Shown here piece by piece: positions 20,459-31,460 of a stretch of 64,000 nucleotides of DNA. Source of the DNA: Planktothrix sp. GU0601_MAG3 (GTDB lineage: Bacteria > Cyanobacteriota > Cyanobacteriia > Cyanobacteriales > Microcoleaceae); NCBI GenBank assembly GCA_035193785.1, contig CP136572.1, positions 2,484,578 to 2,548,577 of the forward strand, read 5' to 3'. A program made the position numbers and the translations under genes. The notes beneath the pieces are model-generated. The model was not told the DNA's origin, ran no database searches, and saw only the letters and a list, made by a program, of their open reading frames with translations. Position 1 is the stretch's first letter, and each line of letters begins with the position of its first letter.

Positions 20459-21614
20459 TCAACCAGAGTGAACTACCGAAGATCGCAGACTAATATTATT
20501 AACCTTGGGATCGGCTGGTGGAATAGCACCTACAGATTTAGCAATCTCAATGCCATTTTGCTCAAAAATCACAATGGGTTCGCCTCCGGTATCAAACTTG
20601 ACTCGTTTAACCAAAACTTGACCATTAGACACACGCTGTCCCACGTTCACATAACGACTGGTAGGTTCGGCCGGAGCCCTGAGAATAATTTTAGTTTGAT
20701 CTCCCACTTGCAATATCCCAGTCACTTCCATCCCTTGAGCTAAGTCTGTAGAGGGAGGCGGGGGAACAAAAGGTTGGACGGGGGGAGGGGGTGGATTAGG
20801 ATTAAGCCATGACGGAGGAGTAGGTGTATTGGGAATGGCGGGTAAATCAGGGACTTGGGCAGTCGGTAAACTGGGTAAAGTGGGTACGCTTCTCCCCGGC
20901 ACAACTGATCGAGGTTTGAATGTTGTGACTCTGGCCCCTCCCGTAGTTGCGGGTCTTCCGGGAGTAACCACCCCAGACCCCCCGGTAATTGTGGGTCTTC
21001 CGGGAGTAACCACCCCAGACCCCCCGGTAATTGTGGGTCTTCCGGGGGTAGCCACCCCAGACCCCCCGGTAATTGTGGGTCTTCCGGGGGTAGCCACCTG
21101 ATTATTAGGTCTGGGAGTTGCACTCGCAGAGACCCAGCGAATGGGAGCTTCATTTACCGTTAATTTGGGTAAGTCTGGCACAGTCCGAGTAACCTGTTGC
21201 GGTACGGTTGGTGCTTCTCCCACTTCAGGAGTGGCTTGGACAATAGATGGAGGTAAAACCGCAAACGGATCGATACTCACCGCAGAAGGAGCCGTTGTTG
21301 TTGTTGACGGTGCGGCAGGAATTGCCGTCGAAGGTTTACCCAGGAGACGTAACCTCTCCTGTGAGTTGGTCGATTGAATCAAACCCGCACCCGCAGCCAC
21401 ATTTGATTGTTCTTTGACTAACGGATTTTTAAACGGAGGTGTTTGCCCCGGGGTCGGGGTCGCATTGGGAGTCGGCGAAGCTACGGCCGATGGAGAAGTT
21501 GCTGGAGTAGTGGTTGGACTGGGAGTGGCGGCAGTTTCTTCAGGTTTAGAAACCGCACCCCCCTAACCCAAATGCAAAAACACCGATGGAGAATAGAAAC
21601 CAAAATTGACGCAT
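20459..21614 (-). CDS. Pro/Thr-rich lipoprotein (frameshift at ~21549), possibly pilus-assembly related
   Basis: ATG 21614 gives MRQFWFLFSIGVFAFGLGGC (lipobox LGGC); DPF motif; C-terminal VTGILQVG...EPTSRYV.VGQRVSNGQVLVKR domain. Confidence 0.65.
20930..21098 (-). repeat. 42-bp coding tandem repeat x4 (VATPGRPTITGGSG)
   Basis: Seen directly in DNA and protein. Confidence 0.9.
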
Positions 21615-21699
21615 TGCCAGTCTCCAAAACAAAGTTGATATATATACTAATTTAAGGATAGTTCAAAAAACCATAGACAAATATCTCAGTGTGAACTAC

Positions 21700-22911
21700 C
21701 TACACCGCCCTAATCGGGTCGGTGCAGGCTTCCGACTTCACAGACCGATGCCCCTTACTTTTACAAGCAGGTGGACTTACACAGCCTCCATCGGCAAAGA
21801 CGGGGTTCCCTCCGCCTTCAGTTAATATCCTGATTCCTTCATTCCTGATGTTAAGTGAAGCGTTTTCGTCACGATCATGGTGAGTTTGACAACTTGGACA
21901 ATCCCATTCTCTGACATCGAGAGATAACTCATCCAGTATATGACCACAACAGGAACAAGTTTTGGAACTAGGGAAAAAGCGATCAATTTCTACAAGTTCA
22001 CCACTTTTTTGCTTTAACTTGTAATCAATAAAGTTGACGAATTTTCCCCAACTCACATCAGATATTGCTTTTGATAGCTTCCGGTTTTTAACCATCCCCT
22101 TGACATTGAGGTTTTCAACGACAATGACTTGGCTTTCGTTCACCAATTTTCTTGATAATTTATGCAAGAAATCTTGGCGGGAATTGGTTATTCTCTCATG
22201 AACCTTAGCTACAGTTTTTCTAAACTTCTCTCTCGATTTACTACCCTTAGTTTTTCGAGAGAGTTTTTTCTGTTTTTGGGCTAAATTTTTCTGATGACGA
22301 TATAAATGTTTAGGGTTGGCGTATTTAGTTGCATTCTCTCCATTGTGAATAATTGCAAAATCTTTTAACCCCAAATCGATCCCAATAATTTCATCCCCCG
22401 ACTGTTTAACGTCAGTTTCTTCTACTTCACATAAAATTGAAGCAAAATATTTATCAGTCGAAGTTTTGGAGATTGTTACTGTTTTAATTTTTCCCGTAAT
22501 TTCTCGATGAAATACCGCGCTGATTTCACCAATTTTAGGGACTTTTAGGTATTCACTATTAACAGTAATACTTTGGGGATACTGAATTGATTGCTTGTGA
22601 TGTTTAGATTTGAAATTAGGAAATTTAGCTCGCCCTTCAAAAAAGTTTTTGTAAGCTCTATCTAAGTTTATAGCTACACATTGAAGAACCGATGAGTAGC
22701 AATCTTCTTTGAGCCAAGGATATTCTTTCTTGAGTTGAGGGAGCATTCCTTTATAAACTGTTAATTTTAGACTTTTTCCAGTTTCTTGATAGTGCTGAAT
22801 ACAGGCATTTAAGGCAAAATTCCAATACCATCTTGCACAGCCAAATGATTTAGCTAATGCTAATTCCTGTTCGGGTGTTGGATAGAGCCTGACCTTTGTT
22901 GCCTTCAGCAC
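21700..22911 (-). CDS. tnpB: RNA-guided endonuclease TnpB
   Basis: HTH start KVRLYPT; RuvC D (GIDLG), E (VVENL), D (DRDENA); CSCC...CPSC Zn finger. Confidence 0.95.
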   Translation of the reverse strand: MLKATKVRLYPTPEQELALAKSFGCARWYWNFALNACIQHYQETGKSLKLTVYKGMLPQLKKEYPWLKEDCYSSVLQCVAINLDRAYKNFFEGRAKFPNFKSKHHKQSIQYPQSITVNSEYLKVPKIGEISAVFHREITGKIKTVTISKTSTDKYFASILCEVEETDVKQSGDEIIGIDLGLKDFAIIHNGENATKYANPKHLYRHQKNLAQKQKKLSRKTKGSKSREKFRKTVAKVHERITNSRQDFLHKLSRKLVNESQVIVVENLNVKGMVKNRKLSKAISDVSWGKFVNFIDYKLKQKSGELVEIDRFFPSSKTCSCCGHILDELSLDVREWDCPSCQTHHDRDENASLNIRNEGIRILTEGGGNPVFADGGCVSPPACKSKGHRSVKSEACTDPIRAV

Positions 22912-22989
22912 TTTGAATCACCTCCTTAATTGGGTGTTGTAGTTTTGCTGTACACTGACTATAGCACAAGTTTTAAAATATGGGGAATC

Positions 22990-23198
22990 ATGAAAAATGA
23001 TTTTGTCAGCAAAGGTAGATCTGTTAGCGATCTCAAGGTTCACTTGGTTTTGACGACCAAGTACAGGAGAAAGGTTTTTACCCTTGAAATATTGAATCGG
23101 CTGCATGAAATCCTTGAAGAATTACTCCAAAAGTGGGATTGTAAATTAGACGATATATCGAGAATCAAAATCAACCTGATTGTTCCGATAATCCCTGA
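22990..23198 (+). pseudogene. tnpA: IS200 TnpA (Y1 transposase) with internal deletion
   Basis: N-terminus HLVLTTKYRRKVF...WDCKL is joined out of frame to the C-terminal RYIENQ; the HUH motif region is absent. Confidence 0.85.
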
Positions 23199-23380
23199 CC
23201 GCAATTCATCCCACGCTGCCCTATCGGGTCATTCGTGGGGCCTCTTGCGGAAGAAGCTAAATCTAAAAAACGGGCTTTACTATTGTAAAAATCTTCCTGT
23301 TCCCGAACATACATCCCTTGAAGTTCTGCTTTATACTGAGAATAGTCAATTTTAGTCTAATTGAGAAGGACAAAATAACA

Positions 23381-23818
23381 ATGCCTTTAATGGTTGGGAC
23401 AGATGCCCCTAGCTTTACCGTCAAAGATACCAATGGGAATACCATTTCTCTATCTGACTTCGCAGGTAAAACCGTTGTCCTGTATTTCTATCCCAAAGAT
23501 GATACTCCTGGTTGTACCAAACAAGCCTGTAGTTTCCGCGATAACTATACGGAATATGAAGGCAAAGATATTGTGGTTTTAGGAGTGAGTATAGATGATC
23601 AAGAGTCCCACCAAAAATTCACGGAAAAATACAGTTTACCCTTCCCTTTATTAGCTGATACGGAAAAAGCGATTACAACAGCTTATGATGTGGATGGTGG
23701 TGGCTATGCTAAACGGGTTACTTACGTTATTAATGGCGAAGGCAAAATTATTCACGTTGATACATCCGTTAAAACCGAAACCCACGCCCGAGATATTTTA
23801 GCGCTGGTGGGTGGTTAA
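23381..23818 (+). CDS. bcp: Peroxiredoxin Q / BCP
   Basis: YFYPKDDTPGCTKQAC; ATG 23381 preferred as start. Confidence 0.92.
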   Translation: MPLMVGTDAPSFTVKDTNGNTISLSDFAGKTVVLYFYPKDDTPGCTKQACSFRDNYTEYEGKDIVVLGVSIDDQESHQKFTEKYSLPFPLLADTEKAITTAYDVDGGGYAKRVTYVINGEGKIIHVDTSVKTETHARDILALVGG

Positions 23819-23850
23819 TTGTAGTCAAAATTATCCGTATTTCTGAATCT

Positions 23851-23882
23851 GCCGCCCATAGAATGTTCTGGGGCGGTTTTCT
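23851..23882 (+). terminator. Probable intrinsic terminator after bcp
   Basis: GCCGCCC...GGGCGG stem followed by a T run. Confidence 0.55.
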
Positions 23883-23928
23883 TACTAATTTTAATCTATT
23901 TATTCAATTAGATCCTGGAGTTGTAAAC

Positions 23929-26569
23929 ATGGTAACTTATCTCGGCCCAAAAGATATTCTGATTGATCAACCCGTTGTTTTAGTCGGAACTTATGACCCG
24001 CAAAAACATCAAACTGTGGAGGTTATTGCAGAAGATAAATATGTTTTGACCGTTGATTTTAATGTGAAAGCCGGAATTTGGTCTGTGGGTCTGGACAATG
24101 GATTTAATACCGCCGGAAAACGATGGTTAAGACTCCGGGGCAAAGATGATAATAATAATATAATTGCCGACAATGTGATTGATTTAATGGTCAATCAAGA
24201 AGGGATAAATACCCAATCTGCCTATACGCTCATTTCCCAACAAGATACGTTATTAAAAGTTCAACCTATTGATTCTTCCCAATTAAATGATCAACAAAAA
24301 CAATCCTTTAAAATCGGGGAAAATTTAGTTGTAAATACCATAGAATTAGTTAATGATCACCTCAAGTTAGAACTGCATAACCCCATACCAAATTTAGGAA
24401 AATTTGTCTATGTTTATCAACCCCATATTGTAGTTACAAAAGGCTCAAAACTCCTCTGGTTTAATCAAAATCAACTCCCGGAGCATAGTGCCGGGAATCA
24501 ACTCCTTTGGGTGACACAAACCACCTCAATAAAAATGAAACCCGATGATTTATCTCAGTTAGCACCGGATCAATTTATTGAAATGCCTCAAGGCAGTGCT
24601 TATACTATTATTGGATACGCCTGTGTTGCCGAGCATTTTCGCGTCACTCTCAATCAACAATTCCCCGGTTTTGGTCAATCTGGATATCTCTATCGCCATC
24701 ACGTTAAAATCCTAGAAAATAATCAAGAAATTACCTTTGATAATGATGCAATTACCTGCATAATTATTAATACTACACCTTTTAAAAAACGTCCGATTGA
24801 TTCAGCCTATTTAGAATCCTCCGAAAAAATTACCCTTCCGGCGGGAATGATTTATGGCATCCAAAGTTATACCTCAGAATCCGGTCATATTAAAGTGGCT
24901 TTAACCGAAAATTTTCCCAACTTTGGAAATACTGGATATTTGTATCCCGATTTTATTGCCTTGAGTCTGGGGAATCTTCCCTTAACAGTAAATAAAACCT
25001 TAACCTATCAAGGAGCAACGGAAGTTTTAGTCAATACACCAATTGTTTTAAAGGGAACTTTTGATCCTAAAAACACCGCAGAAATCACTTTATTTGCAGA
25101 AGATCGGTATGCTTTTAATATTGATTTAGACTGGGAAAAAAGCACCTGGGAAACTCAAGTAAATCAAGGATTTAGCGATGCGGGATATCGTTGGTTACGA
25201 TTAAAAGCCCTTGACTCCCAGGGGAATGTTACCGCCAGTCGGGTGATTAATATTACGGTTAGTGAAAATCCCATGACCGTTGGAGAATCCCTGATTTTAG
25301 ACATCATTGAAGATACCTTATTTAAAATTGTTCCCTTTGATTCATCTTCCTTAAATCAACATCAAAAAGTAGCAATTAAGGCAGGTCAAACCTTCAAAGT
25401 TTTAAAATATGGTTTAGTTGATGGTCATTTAAAAATTGTCTTAGACAATGCGATTCCTCCCGTTGGCAACTTTGGTTATATTTATACAAATAACTTGAGA
25501 TTGAAAAAAGGATCGGAGGTATTTCGGTTTGATATTGAGGAAGTTCCCGATACCGATGTTAATGCCCAAATGTTGGTTGTAGAAACTACAAAAATCAAAG
25601 CTCAACCCGTTGATTCTTCTAATTTAGAACCTCGACAATTTGAACAATTATTATTAGGACAGACTTTTGCTATTAAGGGTTACGCTTCAATTAAGGGGCA
25701 TTTTCGAGTCACTTTAGCCCAATCTATTCCTAATTTTGGGAAGGTGGGTTATGTCTATTGGCAGCACGTTAAATTAATTCGAGAGGGTGAACAAATTGCC
25801 TATGATCCTGATGCTATTACTTTAACAGTTTTGGAAAAAACTGTCTTGAAAAAACAGCCGATTGATTCTAGTCAACTCAAAGAAATCGACCGCACAAGTT
25901 TACCCTTGGGACGGGTTTATGGCGTAAAAAGTTATAGCCTAGAAAATAACCATATTAAGGTTTCTCTTTTAGAAGAATTGCCTAATTTTGGAAATACGGG
26001 TTATATATTTCCTCAGTATGTCAAATTCAAGCGAGGAGGACGAACTTTCAACCCCCTACCGCCGCAAGTTGAATTAAATGTACCCTACTTTTCTCAACGG
26101 GATAATCCCCGTTTTTATTGGTCTACTTGTAACGTAACTTCGATTGCCATGGTGATGTATTATTACGGCGTGCGATCAAAATGGGGCGGACAATTAGAAG
26201 ATGAATTATTGCAATGGTGTTTTAATTATGGGGGAACAGGTTTCTCAAACTGATCATAGTGTTTTGTCGGCTTTAATTCGCGCCTATGGATTTAAAAGTA
26301 GTTTTAGCACCACTCGATACTGGTCAGATTTGAAAAATGAATTGATTAATCGTCGTCCGGTTGTAATTGGTGTAGATACGACTCCATCGGGTCATATTAT
26401 AACAGTTATTGGCTATAATAGTCAGGGATATATTGTTAATGATCCTTGGGGAGATGCCTATACTGGTTATTCTAATACCGAGGGTCGGCGGATTATTTAT
26501 TCCTATGGTTATATGGATCAAGTAGCCGGGCCAGATGGTTCAGTTTGGGCTCATTTTATTCAACCTTAA
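23929..26569 (+). CDS. Multi-repeat protein with C-terminal C39-like peptidase (frameshift at ~26240)
   Basis: LNVPYFSQRDN, TCNVTS (Cys), GHII (His), NDPWG (Asp); six ~70-aa repeats (K..P.DSS.L...H....L.......G..GY.Y..H) in two blocks. Confidence 0.85.
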
Positions 26570-26570
26570 T

Positions 26571-26905
26571 TAACTGTAGGGGCGGGTTCTGTAATTATTT
26601 ATCATACCCACAAATAACCTTTATAAACCCGCCCAACCCCACCATAAAAATTAAGTAACTGTAGGGGCGGGTTCTGTAATTATTTATCATACCCACAAAT
26701 AACCTTTATAAACCCGCCCAACCCCACCATTAACATTCAATTAATAAATAAAGAGGGCGGGTTTATAGAATTTTTGTGGGTATCAAAGATTAATTTGGAA
26801 CCCGCCCCTACAAACCCGCTATTAACATTTAATTAATAAATAAAGAGCGGGTTTATAGAATTTTTTTGAGGGTATCAAGAATCAATGTATAACCCGCCCC
26901 TACGA
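26571..26905. repeat. BIME-like cluster of four REP-like palindromes (two direct, two inverted) between convergent genes
   Basis: Two identical ~75-bp units TAACTGTAGGGGCGGGTTC...AAACCCGCCCAACCCCACCAT, followed by two inverted units ending AACCCGCCCCTAC. Confidence 0.9.
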
Positions 26906-26914
26906 TGCTAATTT

Positions 26915-28427
26915 TTAGGACAAAAACAGTTTATAGGCTGGGTTTTTATTCTCATCCCAATACCGATAACCCAAGGCATCTAAAAAAACCTGCCATTCTC
27001 CCATTTCTTCGGGAGGAACCTGCATTCCCACTACAATTCTGCCATAATCTGACCCATTATTCCGATAGTGAAATAAACTAATATTCCAGTTAGGACTCAT
27101 GGAACAAACAAACTTCATTAATGCCCCTGGACGTTCGGGAAATTCAAAGCGATAGAGTAATTCATTATGGGCTAAAGCTGACCGTCCTCCGACCATGTGC
27201 CGCAGGTGTAATTTAGTTAGTTCATCATCGGTTAAATCAATAGTTTGAAATCCATTTTTCTCAAAATATTCGATTATCTGTGCCGCATCTTCCCGATTTT
27301 TAATCTGCATTCCTACGAAAATATGGGCTTCTTTTTCATCGGCAATCCGATAGTTAAACTCGGTTAAATTGCGTTTCCCAATACATTCACAAAACTTCCG
27401 CAAACTACCTGGTTCTTCGGGAATAGTTACGGCAAAAATTGCCTCCCGACGCTCTCCAAATTCTGCTCTTTCTGCCACAAATCGCAGACGGTCAAAATTC
27501 ATATTCGCCCCGCAAGCAATTGCAATTAAGGTTTCCCCCTGAATTTTTTCTCGTTCAACATAGGCTTTTGCTCCCGCTATGGCTAAGGCTCCAGCAGGTT
27601 CTAAAATAGAACGGGTATCCTCAAAAACATCTTTAATTGCTGCACAGGTATCATCCGTATCTACTAATATAATTTCATCTACATATTCTTGACATAAATG
27701 AAAGGTTTCTTCCCCCACTTCTCGCACCGCGACTCCATCGGCAAATAACCCTACTTGGGATAATTTAACTCGATGTCCGGCTTTTAAAGATTGTGACATC
27801 GCATCCGCATCAACGGGTTTCGACACCAATAATTTTAATTTCTGGGCGTAATCTTTTAATATAAGCAGCAATTCCTGAGATTAATCCTCCCCCACCAATA
27901 GCCACAAAAATAGCATGAATTGGTTGTTGATATTGGCGTAAAATTTCCATCCCAATTGTACCCTGTCCGGCAATAACATAGGGGTCATCAAAGGGGTGAA
28001 TAAAAGTTAATCCTTTTTCGATTTCGAGTTGACGGGCGTAGGCGTAGGCTTCATCAAAAGTCTCGCCATATAATATTACTTCACCCCCCCGGGCTTTGAC
28101 CGCATTAACTTTAACTTGGGGAGTGGTTACGGGCATAACAATAATTGCTTTTGTGCCTAATTTGGAAGCACCAAGAGCCACACCTTGGGCATGATTTCCC
28201 GCCGAAGCTGCTATCACTCCTTTCTTTAATAAATCGGGGGTAAGATGCGCCATTTTGTTATAGGCTCCCCGCAATTTGAAGGAGAAGACCGACTGCATAT
28301 CTTCTCGCTTCAAAAGTAGTTTATTATTCAGGCGTTTTGAGAGGTTAGGAGCGGATTCTAGGGGTGTTTCTTGGGCAACATCATAAACACGGGCGGTGAG
28401 AATTTGTACTAGGTAATCACAAAGCAT
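26915..28427 (-). CDS. ilvA: Threonine dehydratase, biosynthetic (frameshift at ~27817)
   Basis: [24 protein letters not shown], two C-terminal ACT-like regulatory domains. Confidence 0.95.
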
Positions 28428-28606
28428 GGGGTTGAAACTAGGGCAAGGAGTGAGACAAAACTATTTTACAGGATTTGGAACCATATTTTTTATTTTAATA
28501 AAAATGGGCGATCGCTTAATTTTAAATTTTCATAAAGAATTACTGATTTTTTAGCAACCTAGAGTAACATTATAGGTATCAAACAGAAGATTCAAACTCT
28601 GAATTT

Positions 28607-29525
28607 ATGGATAAATCAATTGTACAGTTGGTTGATGAACTTCCCAGCGATAATATTACGGTGAAGGTGTTGAATGCCATTGACTATTTAATGCCGGGAC
28701 AGTGGACGAATTTAGTCGGATTTGATAATAGTATCCGAACAATTACCGGGGAAACGGATGCTCAGGTGATCCAAAGAATTCGAGATCGGGCTGTGGTTTT
28801 GTATCATGATCCGAAATATGGTTATCAATCGGCGGTTTCAAATTTATCAAACCATTGATACGGCTGATATTGCCATCGCAACGGCGGCTTTAGCTAATAA
28901 AATAGGGGAAAAAATCAGTTTTCTTTCTATTTTAAGCAATATTACGCCTAAACCGGAAGTGCTTCAAAGCTTTGATTTAGCCTTAAAAATTGCGGCGGAA
29001 ATTATTGCTTTTTGTAAGTTAAATGGCATTCCCCAACCCAACCCCCAGGAATTTGTTAAAGCCCTAAATAATAACTATCAAGATGCGGCTTTAATGCGGA
29101 TGGTGGCTTTAGTTTGTTTGGATGGAATGTTACCTTTAGGCCCCAATTTTTTAAATAAAATTCATCAAACTATTGCCCAGACAGATACCACTATTCTAAC
29201 ACAAAATCCGGTATTTGCATCCTTGAGTAATTTTATTCCTGGGGGTACGCCCTCGGATAAATTGGGTTTTATTAACCAAGGATTTAATGCAGTTCAAGAT
29301 TGGATTAATAATTTAGTAACTCAAACTGGAATTACACCCGAATCAATTTTCAATGCTTTAGGAAATTGTATTCAAATTGCGGATGATAATTTAGATTTTG
29401 TCGCGGCATTTATTGATCAAAGCACTAATTATTATCAACATACGGGGATTCAAACCGTTGCACGGAAAGTGATTTTACAAGCTCAAGAATCTGTAAAATC
29501 GGAATTACCTACTACAATTAATTAA
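28607..29525 (+). CDS. Conserved cyanobacterial hypothetical protein (frameshift at ~28835)
   Basis: Two ORFs join by removing one T at GTTTC 28835. Confidence 0.7.
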
Positions 29526-29552
29526 TTGTTGAGATTTTGAAACCTTAACAAT

Positions 29553-29590
29553 AACAATTAAGCCCGCACAGGCGGGTTTATTGTTTTTTT
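29553..29590 (+). terminator. Intrinsic terminator
   Basis: AACAATTAAGCCCGC-ACAG-GCGGGTTTATTGTT followed by a T run. Confidence 0.7.
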
Positions 29591-29734
29591 AATCAGATTA
29601 ATTAAATCTAAGATTATTTTTACAAATCACTATCAAAAAAAGCCCTATTATTAGTTTTTAATCAAGTGGGCGGGTTTAGATAGATTTTGTATGGATATTA
29701 TAAATTTTTGTGAACCCGCCCCTACGGGGATTTA

Positions 29735-30985
29735 TTATAATAATTGTTGAGCAAAGGCGATCGCTTCTTCAATTGTGGTGATTTTTTCTTCAATTTGTCC
29801 TAACTGAATTTCTAATAATAGTTCTCCAATTTTGGGACTCGGACGGAGGTTTAATGCTTCCATTAATTCATTTCCAGTTAACAATAATTGGGGGTAAGCG
29901 ACGGGATCATTTGGGTTGAGATAACGATTAATTAAAGGAGAAAGAGCTTCGAGGGAAAACCCAGCCGCCATTGCCTTTACCATTAAAGCCGGAAATAATA
30001 TTCCTAACCCTTGGAATAAAAAATATTGTTCTCTTAAAGATAATTCTCTGGTTTTCAAGGGATGAATTTGTGATAGACCCTTGAGAATTGCTAAAACACT
30101 TTTTAATTCTATCTTACTAAATTTTAACCCTAACAACTCCCCTTCAGCCCGGGTTAAACTCTGATTGCATAAACAACTTAATTTTGCGATTCCCAAAATT
30201 GATATTTTTAAAGTTTCCCGTAATCCTTGGGATAATTCCTGGGAGAATTGGGGATAAATTTCTCCTAACTGTGTAGCAGATAAATCCATTTGGGATAATT
30301 GCTGAAACTGTTGATTAGCAGTCCGAAACCAAGGGGAAATTAAACCCAATTCCCAGATTTTTTGTATCCGGTCTGTGGCATTGGGAGTATTGAATAAATA
30401 GACTAATTCTGTGCGAATTCGTTCAACAGCAACCCGACTTAACAACGGAGCAAATGCTTGAATAGCAGCCTTGGTTTCCGCCTCAATTTCAAATCCTAAT
30501 TGAGCCGCTTGACGGTATCCCCTTAATAATCGTAACGGATCATCTTGTAAATTTTCAGGGGAAATCATTTTAATTAAACGCCGTTGTAAATCTTCTTGAC
30601 CATTATTAGGATCAATAAAAGTTTGTGTAAAGGGATCAAAAGCGATCGCATTAATTGTAAAATCCCGGCGGCGTAAATCCTGTTCTAAACTATTACCTTC
30701 AGCTTGAGCAAAGTCAACTGTTATATTTTTAAAGACAACCCGGGCAATTTGCCGTTCCGCATCCAATAATACAAAACCAGCGCCATAATATTGAGCTAGG
30801 GTTCGTGCTGTTTTCACCGCATCTTGTAACAGGACAAAATCCAAATCCAAATCCGTCACGGTGCGACCCACTAACCCATCTCGCACAGCACCCCCGACTA
30901 AATAGGCGGGTTGGGGTAATTGACTCAGTTCAAACGGCCAACGGGCGGGAGAGAAGACATCGGGTAAGGGTTTCAGACATAGCAA
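29735..30985 (-). CDS. tRNA nucleotidyltransferase (CCA/CC-adding family)
   Basis: LVGGAVRD, DLDF, DL.RRDFTINAIA, DDPLRLLR, ERI..EL. Confidence 0.9.
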   Translation of the reverse strand: MLCLKPLPDVFSPARWPFELSQLPQPAYLVGGAVRDGLVGRTVTDLDLDFVLLQDAVKTARTLAQYYGAGFVLLDAERQIARVVFKNITVDFAQAEGNSLEQDLRRRDFTINAIAFDPFTQTFIDPNNGQEDLQRRLIKMISPENLQDDPLRLLRGYRQAAQLGFEIEAETKAAIQAFAPLLSRVAVERIRTELVYLFNTPNATDRIQKIWELGLISPWFRTANQQFQQLSQMDLSATQLGEIYPQFSQELSQGLRETLKISILGIAKLSCLCNQSLTRAEGELLGLKFSKIELKSVLAILKGLSQIHPLKTRELSLREQYFLFQGLGILFPALMVKAMAAGFSLEALSPLINRYLNPNDPVAYPQLLLTGNELMEALNLRPSPKIGELLLEIQLGQIEEKITTIEEAIAFAQQLL

Positions 30986-31093
30986 TAAAAATCAACGTTC
31001 ATAGTCCGTGCCAGTTTAGGGCTGCCTAAGTTAAATTAACATCAAAGGGATGGGCAATTATTTCCGCCCTGGGCAAATACAGAGGATAAAATT

Positions 31094-31345
31094 ATGTGTA
31101 TTTGTGTGAATTGTCATTATGTTGATGACTGTACCACCTACCACGCCGTAGAAACTCAGCATCAAGAACGTCATTTGACTGAAAATCCCACCTTTGAACC
31201 GACCGAACCCACCATTAATGTCAATATTCGTACCCCTAACAACCAGGATATTGAAATAGAATGGGATGTAGTCGGATGTCTGAGTTTTACATCAGAAAAG
31301 GGTAAATGGGCGAAATTACGACCCGGGGAATTAATTCCGACTTAA
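31094..31345 (+). CDS. ycf34: Ycf34 family protein
   Basis: MCICVNCHYVD.C.TYHAVETQH...EWDVVGC. Confidence 0.95.
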   Translation: MCICVNCHYVDDCTTYHAVETQHQERHLTENPTFEPTEPTINVNIRTPNNQDIEIEWDVVGCLSFTSEKGKWAKLRPGELIPT

Positions 31346-31435
31346 TCAGTCATCAGTCATCAGTTATCAGTCATCAGTTATCAGTTATCAGTTATCAGTT
31401 ATCAGTTGAGAGTTAACAGTTGAGAGTTAACAGTT
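31345..31435 (+). repeat. Heptamer STRR (ATCAGTT/ATCAGTC and variants) x ~13
   Basis: Tandem run directly after the ycf34 stop. Confidence 0.9.
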
Positions 31436-31460
31436 AATAGCTTTAATCGCGGTATTAATA

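Larger units (their letters stand above)
21691..23260 (-). mobile_element. IS200/IS605-family element (tnpA pseudogene + tnpB)
   Basis: Divergent tnpA/tnpB; related subterminal hairpin cores GCCCTAATCGGGTC (~21707) and GCCCTATCGGGTC (~23217); the right end finishes ...GTAGTTCAC on the minus strand. Confidence 0.85.

Noticed and set aside
22930..23355. 141-aa intact TnpA
   Set aside because: Only ~53 aa are TnpA-like; the rest is out-of-frame read-through across the IS end, with no HUH motif.
26571..26905. Possible CRISPR array
   Set aside because: The copies are in both orientations, their loops are conserved, and they match dispersed REP-like elements.
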